Positions 50,200 through 60,884 of a DNA stretch of 64,000 bases are shown piece after piece (position 1 is the first letter of the stretch; each line of letters opens with the position of its first letter). The notes beneath the pieces are model-generated. The model was given only the letters and a program-made list of their open reading frames with translations, did no database searches and was not told the origin of the DNA. Source of the stretch: an uncultured Alphaproteobacteria bacterium (GTDB taxonomy: Bacteria > Pseudomonadota > Alphaproteobacteria > Rhizobiales > Beijerinckiaceae); assembly GCA_963723285.1 (NCBI GenBank), contig CAVRQD010000006.1:14196-78195 (forward strand). The letters run 5' to 3'. The position numbers and the translations under genes are program-made.

Positions 50200-50889
50200 T
50201 CATCGCCGCACGAAGGTGAGATAGACGGGCTTGCGTCGGGCCGCGAGTGCCTTGGCCTCATAGCGCGTCGCGGCCCAGCCCGGCCAGCCGCCGCGCCAAT
50301 CCTGCGCCGCTTGCGCGCGCCATTCGAAATCGGGCGAGCGCAGGATGCGCGCGAGCGTCCAGCCGGCATTGTCGTCGATGTCGGTGGCGAAGCGGATTTC
50401 TCCGCCCGTTCGCAGTACGCGTGCGAGCCGCTTCAACATTTCGTCCGACAGAAAGCGCCGCTTGCGCTGCCGCCGCTTCGGCCAAGGATCGGGATAGAGC
50501 AGATAGGCGCCGGCGAGACTTTGCGCCGGCAGCGCATCGATGATCGCGCCTGCATCGCCCTGATAGAGGCGGACATTGCCGAGGTCCTTGGCCGCGATCA
50601 GCGACAGCGCTTTGACGACGCCATTCTCGAAGAACTCGCAGCCGATGAAGCCTTGGCCTGGATGCGCCTCGGCTTCCGCCGCCAGATGCTCGCCGCCGCC
50701 GAAGCCGATTTCGAGCCAAAGCTCATCGGGTGCCTGTGGAAACAGCGCCGCCGCACCGCCGAGCGGCCGCGCCGGGTCGAGCGCCAAGCGCGGCAGCAGA
50801 ATCTCCAGCAGGTTGATCTGATGCGCGCTCAGCTTCTTACCCTTGCGGCGGCCATAGAGGCGGCCCGCAGGGGCGTTTTCGTCAATCAT
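50200..50889 (-). CDS. trmB: tRNA (guanine-N7)-methyltransferase
   Basis: LEIGFGGGEHL, YPDPWPK, FATD, TRYEAKA. Confidence 0.96.
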   Translation of the reverse strand: MIDENAPAGRLYGRRKGKKLSAHQINLLEILLPRLALDPARPLGGAAALFPQAPDELWLEIGFGGGEHLAAEAEAHPGQGFIGCEFFENGVVKALSLIAAKDLGNVRLYQGDAGAIIDALPAQSLAGAYLLYPDPWPKRRQRKRRFLSDEMLKRLARVLRTGGEIRFATDIDDNAGWTLARILRSPDFEWRAQAAQDWRGGWPGWAATRYEAKALAARRKPVYLTFVRR

Positions 50890-50948
50890 TCTCTTTTGAC
50901 CGCATCGGATTGATCCGATAACCGCTCCGCACTTTTCGGTCCAATGCG

Positions 50949-52145
50949 TTAGTTGAAGCTCGCGCGCAGCTTGTCGACGAGATCGGTCTTCTCCCAGGAG
51001 AAGCCGCCGTCGGCGTCGGGCGTGCGGCCGAAATGGCCATAGGCCGCGGTGCGCGCATAAACCGGTTTGTTGAGCTGCAGATGGTCGCGGATGCCGCGCG
51101 GCGAAAGCCGCATGATCTGCGGCAGCGCCAGCTCGAGCTTTTCTTCCGGCACACGGCCGGTGCCATGCGTATCGACATAGATTGACAGCGGTTCGGAATA
51201 GCCGATGGCGTAAGCGAGCTGGATCGTCACGCGTTCGGCGAGATCGGCTGCGACGATGTTCTTGGCGAGATAGCGCGCCGCATAGGCTGCCGAGCGATCC
51301 ACCTTGGTCGGGTCTTTGCCGGAGAAAGCGCCGCCGCCATGCGGCGCCGCGCCGCCGTAGGTGTCGACAATGATCTTGCGGCCGGTGAGGCCGGTGTCGC
51401 CATCCGGGCCGCCGATGACGAATTTGCCGGTCGGGTTGACGTGCCAGACGGTCTTGTCGCTGATCCAATGTTCGGGCAGCGTCCTGCGGATATAGGGTTC
51501 GACGATGGCGCGCACGTCATCCGACGACAGATTCGGATCGATGTGCTGCGTCGAGAGCACAATCTGTGTTGCCGCCACGGGCTTGCCGTTGACATATTGG
51601 ACCGTCACTTGGCTCTTGGCATCGGGGCCGAGCTTGGCAGCGTCGCCCTCGCGGGCGTGGCGCGCCTTCGCGAGTACCTCGAGAATCTTGTGCGAATAAT
51701 AGAGCGGCGCCGGCATCAGCTCCGGCGTGTCGCGGCAGGCATAGCCGAACATAATGCCCTGGTCGCCGGCGCCTTCGTCCTTGTTACCGGCGGCATCGAC
51801 GCCTTGCGCGATATCGATGGATTGGCCGTGCAGCAGCACCTCGACCTTGGCGTTCGCCCAATGGAAGCCATCCTGCTCATAGCCGATGGACTTGATCGCC
51901 TTACGGGCGGTTTCCTCGATCACGCCGGAGGTCAGCGCGGGGCCGCGCGTTTCGCCGGCGATGACGACGCGGTTGGTCGTCGCCAATGTCTCGCAGGCAA
52001 CGCGCACTTGATAAGGGTCGATGCCGGCCTTGGCTGATTCACGGAAGAAGAGATCGACGATTTCGTCGGAGATGCGATCACATACTTTGTCGGGATGGCC
52101 TTCAGAGACGGATTCGCTGGTAAACAGATAGTTTTGCCGAGGCAC
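50949..52145 (-). CDS. metK: S-adenosylmethionine synthetase
   Basis: [40 protein letters not shown]. Confidence 0.99.
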   Translation of the reverse strand: MPRQNYLFTSESVSEGHPDKVCDRISDEIVDLFFRESAKAGIDPYQVRVACETLATTNRVVIAGETRGPALTSGVIEETARKAIKSIGYEQDGFHWANAKVEVLLHGQSIDIAQGVDAAGNKDEGAGDQGIMFGYACRDTPELMPAPLYYSHKILEVLAKARHAREGDAAKLGPDAKSQVTVQYVNGKPVAATQIVLSTQHIDPNLSSDDVRAIVEPYIRRTLPEHWISDKTVWHVNPTGKFVIGGPDGDTGLTGRKIIVDTYGGAAPHGGGAFSGKDPTKVDRSAAYAARYLAKNIVAADLAERVTIQLAYAIGYSEPLSIYVDTHGTGRVPEEKLELALPQIMRLSPRGIRDHLQLNKPVYARTAAYGHFGRTPDADGGFSWEKTDLVDKLRASFN

Positions 52146-52304
52146 AGAACACTCCAAGCTAACCGAGCATTTGAAAATTAGGTGGGAATCTTCCCGGCCG
52201 CGGCAGAGCGGAGCAAGACCGAGCAGACCGGCGGAGTTTCGGCCAATCCGTTCGTTTGGTCAAGCCAATCCAGCAGATACGTTCTTTATAACGAATAGCG
52301 TCTC

Positions 52305-52766
52305 TCAGGATTTTTGTTCTTCCCGCACTTCGTGGCTTTGCGCTGGGGCTATGTCATCGCTGGCGAGGCTGTTGACCAGTTCGATGATGCGCTTGCGCAC
52401 TTTCGGGTCCTGGATGCGCGCGAAAGCCTTGTTGAGATTGAGGCCCTCAGTCGTGGCGATGAAGTCGAGAACAAAGCTCGAGCTTGACTGTTCGGCGACG
52501 GAAAATACGGCCCCGTTTTCCGACCCCGTGTCGTCCTGGTTAGGTGCGCCGTCGAAGAAGAAGGCGGGCGGAACGTTGAGCGTGCGCGAAATCTGTTGCA
52601 AGCGGCTTGCACCGATACGGTTGGTGCCTTTTTCGTATTTTTGGACTTGCTGGAATGTCAGTCCCAGTGCCTCGCCGAGCCTCTCTTGGCTCATTCCAAG
52701 AAGGATTCGACGCATACGAACCCGGCTGCCGACGTGACGATCAATCGGATTCGGAGCCTTCTTCAC
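52305..52766 (-). CDS. XRE-family HTH regulator
   Basis: GMSQERLGEALGLTFQQVQKYEKGTNRIGASRL. Confidence 0.95.
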   Translation of the reverse strand: MKKAPNPIDRHVGSRVRMRRILLGMSQERLGEALGLTFQQVQKYEKGTNRIGASRLQQISRTLNVPPAFFFDGAPNQDDTGSENGAVFSVAEQSSSSFVLDFIATTEGLNLNKAFARIQDPKVRKRIIELVNSLASDDIAPAQSHEVREEQKS

Positions 52767-53025
52767 GAATTAAATACTCCTGTCACTACCGGCCCGAGGG
52801 TAGGGGTCGGATAAATCGATCCCTTTGTGCAAAAACCCCTCCACGCGGATGCGGACGATCATCATGAAAGCCGGCGGAATCTCATGTTGTTCATTGTTGC
52901 TGATGCGGGGGGTACGAAAGAAACGCCAAGCGCCATACAGCTTGGTTTGAGGCACGCCAACCGACGTTTCGTTTTTGCCCCCGCTGGCAGATTGCGGTCA
53001 TATAAAGCCGTGTTATTCGCGGTTG

Positions 53026-54654
53026 TCAAACAATCCCTCGCAGCGCGAGCGCAGCGCAAAGCATTACAACCCAAGCTAAAATTCCAGCGAGAAAAGGTGC
53101 CCGCGCGAACGGCGGCGACGCAATTTTTTCGGGCAGCGCACCGTCGATTACGCCTTCTTGTTGCAAGCCGAGGCTCTGCAATATGCGCCCATAAGGATCG
53201 ATGATCGCCGAAATGCCGGTGTTGGCGTCGCGCAGCATTGGCAGGCCTTGCTCGATGGACATGAGCCGCGCCTGCGTCAGATGCTGATAGGGGCCGGCCG
53301 TCCGGCCGAACCAAGCGTCGTTGGTCACGTTGATGATGAAGCCGGGCTCGGTTTCCGGCGGCAGGCCGGACGGCAAAGCTTCTTCCGGAAAGATCGCCTC
53401 GTAGCAGATCAATCCCACGACAGGCGGCAGGCCGGGGAGACTCATCAGCCGGTGCGACGCGCCAGCGGCGAAGCCGCCCGGGATATGGACGAAATGATGC
53501 AGGCCAAGATGCCGGAACACGGACTCGTATGGCAGATATTCGCCGAATGGGACGAGATGCACCTTGTCGTAGGTATCAAGGATGATACCGCCGCGCGCGA
53601 TCGCGAGAATGGAATTGAAATAGGCGGGATATTCCTCGCCGGCATGCGAGACGATGCCGACGCGCGCCGCGCCGGTGACGAGCGTCGTGCTGGGCGGCAA
53701 GGCGCCGCCGATCGCGGCCAGAGCCTGCTGGTCTTCCGTCAAGATGAAGGGAAAGGCTGACTCGGGCCAAATGAGCAGGCTGACGTCGGCGAGGCCGGTA
53801 TGCTCGGGGCTCGTCGCGCGATCCGAGAGCGCAAGATAATGGGCGACAATCTCATCCTTATGCGCGGCGCTGAAATTCACGTCCTCGGCGACATTGGGCT
53901 GCATCAACCGGACTTTGACGCCGGGCAAGTCTTTCGGCGGCGGCACGGACAGGCGAATGGCGCCGAAGGCGGCGAGGCCGAGAAAGGCACCGATGGCGAT
54001 GACAACGCCCGCAGGCAGGCGGCGCTTGGTTTTCTTGAAGCGCGCGTCGGCGAGGAGCGCGGGCGAGGCGCAAATCGCGATCGTCAGAACATTGAGCGCG
54101 GGCAGGCCGCCGATCGCCGCGAATTGCGCCAGCACCAGATGATTGCCGAGCGCCATCCCGTAATCGTTCCAGGGAAAGCCGGTGAGCACATGTTCGCGCA
54201 GCCATTCGCTGAAGCCGAGCGCCGCCGCGAGCATCAGGATGCGGGCAGGGCCCGGCGACCAGCCGAGCCGCGCCAGCGCGAAGCCCAATGCCGGGAACAG
54301 AGCGAGGAAAGCGGGCAGGCCGAAAATGCCGAGCGGCATAGCCCAGACGAAATCCTGCGGCTCGACCAGAAAGGCGGCGCCAAGCCACCAGAAACCGGCG
54401 ACGAAATAGCCGAAGCCCCACCACCAGCCGGCGCCGAAGGCGTTGCGCACCGCAGCCGAGCGCAAACGCGTGGGGGTTTGCTTCGCCTCCGCCGCGCCAT
54501 CGATCAGCCAGACGGCGATCGTCATCGGCACGATCATGGCCGGAAGAAAATTGACCGGCGCGAGCGCCAGCGCGCCGCAGGCGCCGCCGACAAAGCCGAT
54601 CAGCCGGCGCCGCCAGCCGTCGGCAAGGATCACATATTCGGCGATTGGATACAT
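53026..54654 (-). CDS. lnt: Apolipoprotein N-acyltransferase
   Basis: TGFPW, WPES, KVHLVPFGE, ICYE, TNDAWFG, NTGIS. Confidence 0.97.
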   Translation of the reverse strand: MYPIAEYVILADGWRRRLIGFVGGACGALALAPVNFLPAMIVPMTIAVWLIDGAAEAKQTPTRLRSAAVRNAFGAGWWWGFGYFVAGFWWLGAAFLVEPQDFVWAMPLGIFGLPAFLALFPALGFALARLGWSPGPARILMLAAALGFSEWLREHVLTGFPWNDYGMALGNHLVLAQFAAIGGLPALNVLTIAICASPALLADARFKKTKRRLPAGVVIAIGAFLGLAAFGAIRLSVPPPKDLPGVKVRLMQPNVAEDVNFSAAHKDEIVAHYLALSDRATSPEHTGLADVSLLIWPESAFPFILTEDQQALAAIGGALPPSTTLVTGAARVGIVSHAGEEYPAYFNSILAIARGGIILDTYDKVHLVPFGEYLPYESVFRHLGLHHFVHIPGGFAAGASHRLMSLPGLPPVVGLICYEAIFPEEALPSGLPPETEPGFIINVTNDAWFGRTAGPYQHLTQARLMSIEQGLPMLRDANTGISAIIDPYGRILQSLGLQQEGVIDGALPEKIASPPFARAPFLAGILAWVVMLCAALALRGIV

Positions 54655-54708
54655 AATCTCGCGAGGGTCGGCGCGGAACGCCGCAAGAGAAACGAATTCG
54701 GCGCGAAT

Positions 54709-55710
54709 TTAACGGTTTTTTGCGGCTTGGCTAAGTCCGGTCTGCGGCGCGGGCGTGTCGGCCGGCGCGGATTCGGGAGCGTCCGCCGCCGGTTCGGCAA
54801 CCGGATGAATCTTGATACGCTTCACCCGGCGCGGGTCGGCATCGAGAACCTCGAACTGGAATCCGTCGGCGCGCAGCGTCTCGCCGCGCAGCGGCACGTG
54901 GCCGGCGAGGCTGGTGATGAGGCCGCCGAGCGTATCGACATCCTCGGCATCGACCAGCGTCGACAGATCGGAGCCGAGCACTTCCGAGACGTCGTCGAGG
55001 CTCGCCCGCGCATCGACCACGAAGGTACCGTCGGCGCCGCGATGGATTTTCGCCGCCTCGCTCTCATCATGTTCGTCCTCGATGTCGCCGACGATCATCT
55101 CGACCACGTCTTCGATCGAGGCGAGGCCGTCAGTGCCGCCATATTCGTCGATGACGAGCGCCATATGCGTGCGCGTCGTCTGCATCTTTACCAGCAGGTC
55201 GAGCGCCGGCATCGACGGCGGCGCGAAGAGGACGGGCCGCAGAATGCCGGATTCCGCCAGCGTGATCTCGGCAAAGCCGCGTTGACCCGGCCGTGGCGCG
55301 TTGAGTTTGAAGCCGTCCGTCAGCTTGGCGATGAGATCGACGAGATCGCGGATGTGGACCATGCCGCGCGGATCGTCGAGGTTCTCGGCATAGACGGGCA
55401 GGCGCGAATGGCCGGCGGTGCGGAACGCATCGAGCACGTCCGCGAGGTTCGCGTCATGGGCGACAGCGATGATGTCGGCGCGCGGGATCATGATATCCGC
55501 GACGCGGACCTCGTGCAGCGAGAGCACATTGGTCAGCATCTCGCGTTCGAGCGGCGAGAAGCCGGAGGCCTCGGTGATCTCCTCGATCGCCTCCTGCACG
55601 TCCTCGCGCAGCGAGCCGCCGCTGAGGCCGAGCAACGCGCGCAGCCGGCCGAGCAGGCCGACTTTGCCGGATTTCTCCTGCGTGCCCTCAGAATCGTCGT
55701 TGACGCTCAT
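54709..55710 (-). CDS. corC: HlyC/CorC CBS-domain protein
   Basis: MIPRADI, HSRLPVY, VIDEYGG, EMIVGDIEDEHD, CorC C-terminal domain. Confidence 0.93.
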   Translation of the reverse strand: MSVNDDSEGTQEKSGKVGLLGRLRALLGLSGGSLREDVQEAIEEITEASGFSPLEREMLTNVLSLHEVRVADIMIPRADIIAVAHDANLADVLDAFRTAGHSRLPVYAENLDDPRGMVHIRDLVDLIAKLTDGFKLNAPRPGQRGFAEITLAESGILRPVLFAPPSMPALDLLVKMQTTRTHMALVIDEYGGTDGLASIEDVVEMIVGDIEDEHDESEAAKIHRGADGTFVVDARASLDDVSEVLGSDLSTLVDAEDVDTLGGLITSLAGHVPLRGETLRADGFQFEVLDADPRRVKRIKIHPVAEPAADAPESAPADTPAPQTGLSQAAKNR

Positions 55711-56198
55711 TCGATACCTGCAACGAAGACCGCGTAAGGATCACGGATGCCGAGCGCGGCGAGAATTTCGCGCTCCAAAGCCTCCATTTCCGCCGCCTGC
55801 GTTTCCTCCTCGTGATCAAAGCCAATGAGATGCAGAAAGCCATGGACGATGAGATGCGTGACATGGGCGCGGAAGCTCTTGTGCTCGGCTTCGGCCTCGC
55901 GCGCGCAGGTCTCGTAGGCGATAGCAATGTCGCCGAGCGCGGAACGCGCCGCGGCCGCGCCGGGTGCCGGGAAGGAGAGCACGTTCGTCGGCTGATCCTT
56001 GCCACGCCATTGCGCATTGAGCGTGTGGATCGCCGCATCGTCGGTGAGCAAGAGGCTGATCTCGACTCCGGGTTTCAGCTTCACGCCCGACTTCAGGATC
56101 GCTTCGCCGATCGCCGCCGCGCCCCAGGAGGCGACGTCCGGCACCTCCTCCCACAAAGTGCTTTCGACTGCGATATCGATGAGGGGAAGCGCGCTCAT
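55707..56198 (-). CDS. ybeY: rRNA maturation endoribonuclease YbeY
   Basis: PTNVLSFP, LGDI, HGFLHLIGFDH. Confidence 0.97.
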   Translation of the reverse strand: MSALPLIDIAVESTLWEEVPDVASWGAAAIGEAILKSGVKLKPGVEISLLLTDDAAIHTLNAQWRGKDQPTNVLSFPAPGAAAARSALGDIAIAYETCAREAEAEHKSFRAHVTHLIVHGFLHLIGFDHEEETQAAEMEALEREILAALGIRDPYAVFVAGIE

Positions 56199-57250
56199 CG
56201 GCGTGGCCTGTCCTCCAGCACCGGACGCGGACGCGATTCATAGGCCGTGACGATGCGGCGGACGAGATCGTGGCGCACGACATCGCTGTCAGCAAAGCGC
56301 ACATGCCCGATGCCTTCGAGGCCGCCGAGCAGGCCGACCGCTTCCGCGAGACCAGAAACCTGGCCCAGCGGTAGATCGACTTGCGTCGGATCGCCGGTGA
56401 CGATCATGCGTGAGCCTTCGCCGAGCCGGGTCAGGAACATTTTCATCTGCACGGAGGTCGTGTTCTGCGCCTCGTCGAGCAGGACGCAGGCATTGGTCAG
56501 CGTGCGCCCGCGCATGAAGGCTAGCGGCGCGACTTCGATCATGCCCGTCTGCATGCCGCGCTCGACCATGCGCGGGTCCATGAAATCGTTCAGCGCGTCG
56601 AAGATCGGGCGCAGATAGGGATCGACCTTTTCGCGCATGTCGCCGGGCAGGAAGCCGAGCCGTTCGCCCGCCTCGACCGCCGGCCGCGACAGGATCAACC
56701 GCTCGATGATGCCCTGCTCGAGCAGCGAGACGGCATAGCCGACCGCGAGCCAGGTCTTGCCCGTGCCGGCCGGACCTTCGGCGAAACACAGCTCCTGGCG
56801 CTTGAGGCAGCGGATATAAAGATCCTGCGCCGCGTTGCGGGCGCGCACGATGCCGCGGCGGCGCGTGCTGACCTGCTCGAAATGCCCGCGCGGAATGTCG
56901 GCGTTGGGAAACAGCGAGCCTTGCAGCGCCCGCTCCTCGATCGCGCCGTCGACATCGCCGGGGCCGACCGCCTGGCCGAGCTTGACGCGGTCATAGAGCA
57001 TTTCGAGCACTTCGCGGGCCTGCTCGCAGGCATCCGGCGGTCCTTTGATCGTCACCTGATTGCCGAGCGCATTGGCGACGACGCCGAGCTTGCGTTCGAC
57101 TTTGGCGAGGTTCTGGTCGTAGAGACCGAAAAGCACCGAAGCGTGCTTGTTGTCATCGAAGGCCAGGGTCACCTGCGTCGGTGGCTCGGGCGCCAAAGGA
57201 ACGGGCGGGGAATTGCCGCGCAGCGACAGCGAACGATCGGTTGGTCTCAA
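56195..57250 (-). CDS. phoH: PhoH family ATPase
   Basis: [36 protein letters not shown]. Confidence 0.97.
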   Translation of the reverse strand: MRPTDRSLSLRGNSPPVPLAPEPPTQVTLAFDDNKHASVLFGLYDQNLAKVERKLGVVANALGNQVTIKGPPDACEQAREVLEMLYDRVKLGQAVGPGDVDGAIEERALQGSLFPNADIPRGHFEQVSTRRRGIVRARNAAQDLYIRCLKRQELCFAEGPAGTGKTWLAVGYAVSLLEQGIIERLILSRPAVEAGERLGFLPGDMREKVDPYLRPIFDALNDFMDPRMVERGMQTGMIEVAPLAFMRGRTLTNACVLLDEAQNTTSVQMKMFLTRLGEGSRMIVTGDPTQVDLPLGQVSGLAEAVGLLGGLEGIGHVRFADSDVVRHDLVRRIVTAYESRPRPVLEDRPRR

Positions 57251-58668
57251 AGCCTCTTTGTCTCCTCGGCCGCCAAGCGCCCAAACAGTGAATTCGTCCG
57301 CACGCCGGTGATCTCGACCGGCAAAATCTGGCCGATCATCGCCTCAGGCGCCTCGACCTGAACAGGTTGTAGATAGGGTGACCGGCCGGCGATTTGACCG
57401 GCATGTCGGCCCTTTTTCTCGAACAGGACAGCAAGAGTTTTGCCAACCAGGCTGGCGTTGAAGGCTTGCCGCTGGGCGTCGAGCAGGTCCTGTAGCTCCG
57501 CCAGACGCGCGATCTTCACATCCTCGGGCACCTGATCCGGCAGATCGGCGCCCGGCGTGCCGGGGCGCGGCGAATATTTGAAGGAAAAGGCGCTGGCGAA
57601 GGTCGTCTCCCGGACAAAATCGAGCGTCGCGCCGAAATCGGTATCGCTCTCGCCCGGAAAGCCAACGATAAAATCCGACGAAAGCGCGATGTCGGGGCAG
57701 GCGTCGCGCAGCCGCCGCACGATGTCGCGATAGGCGGCGCGGTCGTGCTTGCGGTTCATCGCCGTGAGGATCGTGTCCGAGCCCGTCTGCACCGGCAGAT
57801 GCAGAAAAGGCATCAGGGCAGGCAGATCGCGATGCGCGGTGATGAGTTCCGCGTCCATGTCGTTCGGATGGCTCGTCATATAGCGCAGCCGCGCGATGCC
57901 CGGAATTTCGGCGAGCCGGGCGCAGAGTTGTGCGAGCGACCAGACGCGCCGGTCCGGTCCTTCGCCATGATAGGCGTTGACGTTCTGGCCGAGCAGCGTC
58001 AGCTCCCGCACCCCCGCCTCCGCCAAAGCCTCGACTTCGGCGACGATTTTCTCGACCGGCCGCGAGACCTCGGCGCCGCGCGTATAAGGCACGACGCAGA
58101 AACTGCAGAACTTGTCGCAGCCTTCCTGCACGGTGACAAAGGCGCTGACGCCCCGCGCTTGGATCGTGCTGCGCGGCGCGCGCGGCAGATGGTCGAATTT
58201 GTCCTCGAGCGGAAATTCGGTGTCGATCACCGGCGCCATTTCGGCGCGGCGCAAGAGATCGGGCAGGCGGTGATAATTCTGCGGCCCGACGACGAGATCG
58301 ACGGCCTTCTGCCGGCGGACGATTTCGCCGCCTTCGGCCTGGGCGACGCAGCCGGCGACGACGACCTGCGTGGCGCGCCCGTCCGCAAGGCGGGCTTTCT
58401 TCGCCACCCGCACCTTGCCGAGTTCGGAGAAAATCTTCTCCGCCGCCCGTTCGCGGATGTGACAGGTGTTGAGAATGACGAGGTCCGCGTCGTCCAAGCT
58501 TTGCGTTTCGTCGAAGCCCGCAGGCGCCAGCAAATCGGTCATCTTCTGCGCATCGTAAGCATTCATCTGACAGCCATATGACTTGATGAAGAGCTTGCGG
58601 CGCGGCGCAGCGGCGGGCGGCGTTTCGGCCGCGGCCTCTTCGACAGGCAGATCAATCGTGTCGGTCAT
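57247..58668 (-). CDS. miaB: tRNA-2-methylthio-N6-dimethylallyladenosine synthase
   Basis: [27 protein letters not shown] domain. Confidence 0.98.
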   Translation of the reverse strand: MTDTIDLPVEEAAAETPPAAAPRRKLFIKSYGCQMNAYDAQKMTDLLAPAGFDETQSLDDADLVILNTCHIRERAAEKIFSELGKVRVAKKARLADGRATQVVVAGCVAQAEGGEIVRRQKAVDLVVGPQNYHRLPDLLRRAEMAPVIDTEFPLEDKFDHLPRAPRSTIQARGVSAFVTVQEGCDKFCSFCVVPYTRGAEVSRPVEKIVAEVEALAEAGVRELTLLGQNVNAYHGEGPDRRVWSLAQLCARLAEIPGIARLRYMTSHPNDMDAELITAHRDLPALMPFLHLPVQTGSDTILTAMNRKHDRAAYRDIVRRLRDACPDIALSSDFIVGFPGESDTDFGATLDFVRETTFASAFSFKYSPRPGTPGADLPDQVPEDVKIARLAELQDLLDAQRQAFNASLVGKTLAVLFEKKGRHAGQIAGRSPYLQPVQVEAPEAMIGQILPVEITGVRTNSLFGRLAAEETKRL

Positions 58669-58743
58669 GGTCCTCGCTGGCGTCGCCCTCCTGGCGCCGC
58701 CGATCATTCCTTTTAACCCGGATTTGCGGCTACCGCCACGTTG

Positions 58744-59265
58744 CTAGACAAGATCGCGGCGTAAAACCAGGGCCGTGGCGCGGCTGCCGTCAGCGGCGCG
58801 GTAATAGGCCTTGCGCTCGCCGACCTGATGGAAGCCGAAGTTCTGGTAAAGCCTGATCGCGGCCGTATTGCTGGCTTCGACCTCCAAAAACAAGGATTTG
58901 ACCCCCGCCGCCGCCAGCGTCGGCAGGTGCGTGGCCAAAAGCGCCGCGGCAATGCCCCTTTTTCGGGCCTTGGGCGTCACCGCGATGGTTAAAATCTCCG
59001 CCTGGTCGGCCGCTCGGCGGGAGAGAACGAAGCCGACCGGTCCCCGGCTTGGCCGCCAAAAGCCGGAGGCGAGGCTCGCCCCGAGATTCGCCCCAAGGCT
59101 CGCCCAATGCGCGATCACGTCGCGCCCGGCCAGCAGGGCCTCGAATTCCTCGGCGCTCCAGGGGTGGGGAAAGCTCTGCGCATGGATGCGCGCGCAGGCC
59201 TTGCCGAGTTGCGGGCCGAGGCGGTGGATGGACGGGGCGGCGGACTTGCCAAGCCAGCGCGGCAT
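58744..59265 (-). CDS. rimI: RimI-like GNAT acetyltransferase
   Basis: EILTIAV, LFLEVEASN, AIRLYQNFGF, RKAYY. Confidence 0.88.
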   Translation of the reverse strand: MPRWLGKSAAPSIHRLGPQLGKACARIHAQSFPHPWSAEEFEALLAGRDVIAHWASLGANLGASLASGFWRPSRGPVGFVLSRRAADQAEILTIAVTPKARKRGIAAALLATHLPTLAAAGVKSLFLEVEASNTAAIRLYQNFGFHQVGERKAYYRAADGSRATALVLRRDLV

Positions 59266-59957
59266 CAGGCAGGCGCGAGCGGGATATGGGTTTGATCCTG
59301 GGGCTTGGCGTCCGGCGGCTTGAGGTAGAGCGGCCGCGGCGGCGCCCCTTTCGGATCGGCGAGCAGGCCGAGCCGGGCGACGAAGCCGATATCCGGCGCG
59401 CCGGTCTCGCCGACGACTTCTGCGGTCAGGCCGGTCGATTTGGCTTCGATCGCCAGCATCGGCGCTCCGGAGCCGGCGAGGCGAATGGGGCCGGTGCCGA
59501 GCAGGCGGACGGCCTCGCGCACCGTCGCGACGCGCGGCAAGACGAGCGCCCGCCCGTCGGGGCCGAAGACCGCGAAATAGAGGCTGCCGTGCTTGGCATC
59601 GATCGCCGGGACGACGAGACCGGGCTGCCCGGCGAGGATCAGGGGCGCGGCGAGGGCGGCGAGCGTCGAGACGCCGACGACAGGCACATGGCGGGCGAGG
59701 CCGATGGCGCGCGCGGCCGCGATGCCGACGCGCAGCCCGGTGAACGAGCCGGGGCCGACCGTCACTGCGACCCGGTCGAGGCCGAGGAAGCCTTCTTCGG
59801 TCTGTGACACGACACGATCGAGCAGCGGCATCAGCGCTTCCGCCTGGCCGCGCTGCATCACGATGGTCTCTGAAACAAAAAAATCGTCGGCGCTGTCGTC
59901 GTAAACGCAGGCTGAGACGGCATCGAGCGCCGTATCGATCGCGAGGATGCGTGTCAT
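59265..59957 (-). CDS. tsaB: t6A biosynthesis protein TsaB
   Basis: ILAIDTA, GPGSFTGLRVG, PLYL. Confidence 0.96.
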   Translation of the reverse strand: MTRILAIDTALDAVSACVYDDSADDFFVSETIVMQRGQAEALMPLLDRVVSQTEEGFLGLDRVAVTVGPGSFTGLRVGIAAARAIGLARHVPVVGVSTLAALAAPLILAGQPGLVVPAIDAKHGSLYFAVFGPDGRALVLPRVATVREAVRLLGTGPIRLAGSGAPMLAIEAKSTGLTAEVVGETGAPDIGFVARLGLLADPKGAPPRPLYLKPPDAKPQDQTHIPLAPA

Positions 59958-59979
59958 TCGGCCGCGTTCGCTCTCCGCA

Positions 59980-60543
59980 TTAGATGGATTGCACCGTCTG
60001 CACTGCGGGCACGTAATGGCGCAGCAGATTTTCGATCCCATGCCGCAGCGTCGCCGTCGACGACGGACAGCCCGAGCACGAGCCCTTCATCGCCAGATAA
60101 ACCGTGCCGTCGCGGAAGCCGCGGAATTTGATGTCGCCGCCATCGCCGGCGACCGAGGGGCGCACGCGCGTCTCGATCAATTCCTTGATCGTCTCGACCG
60201 TTTCGGCGTCCTCGGTGGCGAAGAACTCGTCCGGCTCATCGTCCGGGTCGGCGCTGACACCCTCGGCCAGCAGCGGCGCGCCGGAGGTGAAATGTTCCAT
60301 GATGACGCCGAGGATGGCGGGTTTCAGTTCCGGCCAATCGCTGGCGTCCTTGGTCACGGTGATGAAATCCGCGCCGAAATAAACGCCGGCGACGCCGGGA
60401 ATCTCGAACAAAGCCGCGGCGAGCGGCGATTGCGCCGCGCCGGAGGCGTCGGGAATGTCGAGCGTGCCGTCCGGCATCACATGCCGGCCGGGGAGGAATT
60501 TGAGGGTCGCCGGATTCGGCGTGAGTTCGGTCTCGATGAACAT
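59980..60543 (-). CDS. nfuA: NfuA/NifU-family Fe-S carrier
   Basis: MFIETELTPNPATLKF, DGGDI, GSCSGCPSS. Confidence 0.95.
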   Translation of the reverse strand: MFIETELTPNPATLKFLPGRHVMPDGTLDIPDASGAAQSPLAAALFEIPGVAGVYFGADFITVTKDASDWPELKPAILGVIMEHFTSGAPLLAEGVSADPDDEPDEFFATEDAETVETIKELIETRVRPSVAGDGGDIKFRGFRDGTVYLAMKGSCSGCPSSTATLRHGIENLLRHYVPAVQTVQSI

Positions 60544-60592
60544 AGCTCTGCTCCCAATCTCCGGTTCAAGGCCGGAACTGGCGGTAATCCCT

Positions 60593-60621
60593 ATATGGGC
60601 GAGGAATTTTGCGGGAGCAAG
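60593..60621 (-). promoter_or_regulatory. RpoH-type promoter of nfuA
   Basis: CTTG-N18-CCCATAT on the minus strand. Confidence 0.6.
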
Positions 60622-60646
60622 CCGTGAATTGGGCGCATCACCCGCT

Positions 60647-60722
60647 TGGTGGGCCGGGCAGGACTCGAACCTGCAACCAGACCGTTATGAGCGGCCGGCT
60701 CTAACCATTGAGCTACCGGCCC
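60647..60722 (-). tRNA. tRNA with CAT anticodon, probably tRNA-Ile2 (lysidine)
   Basis: 76-nt cloverleaf GGGCCGG...CTCATAA...CCA. The paired G1-C72 excludes the initiator. Ile2 versus elongator Met is inferred. Confidence 0.9.
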
Positions 60723-60779
60723 GGCAGCAGCTAAGGCTGCGGGCATTACACCGAACTTGACCATGCGTGCAAGCAAGCC

Positions 60780-60866
60780 TCAGCGCAGAATCTCGATCAA
60801 CAGGATCCAGGCGCCGACTTCCGCAATGAAGAAATTCGCCCAATCGGCGCTTTGAATTTCGTTCAA
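60780..60866 (-). pseudogene. 28-codon remnant of a membrane protein gene (apparent internal deletion)
   Basis: RBS GAGG, then TTG: MNEIQSADWANFFIAEVGA|WILLIEILR*. Confidence 0.5.
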
Positions 60867-60884
60867 CGTGCGCCTCGCCCGCCG

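Noticed and set aside
52146-52304. SAM riboswitch upstream of metK
   Set aside because: No SAM-II or SAM-SAH consensus was recognisable by eye.
60647-60722. Initiator tRNA-fMet
   Set aside because: It has a paired 1-72 position and lacks three consecutive G-C pairs in the anticodon stem.
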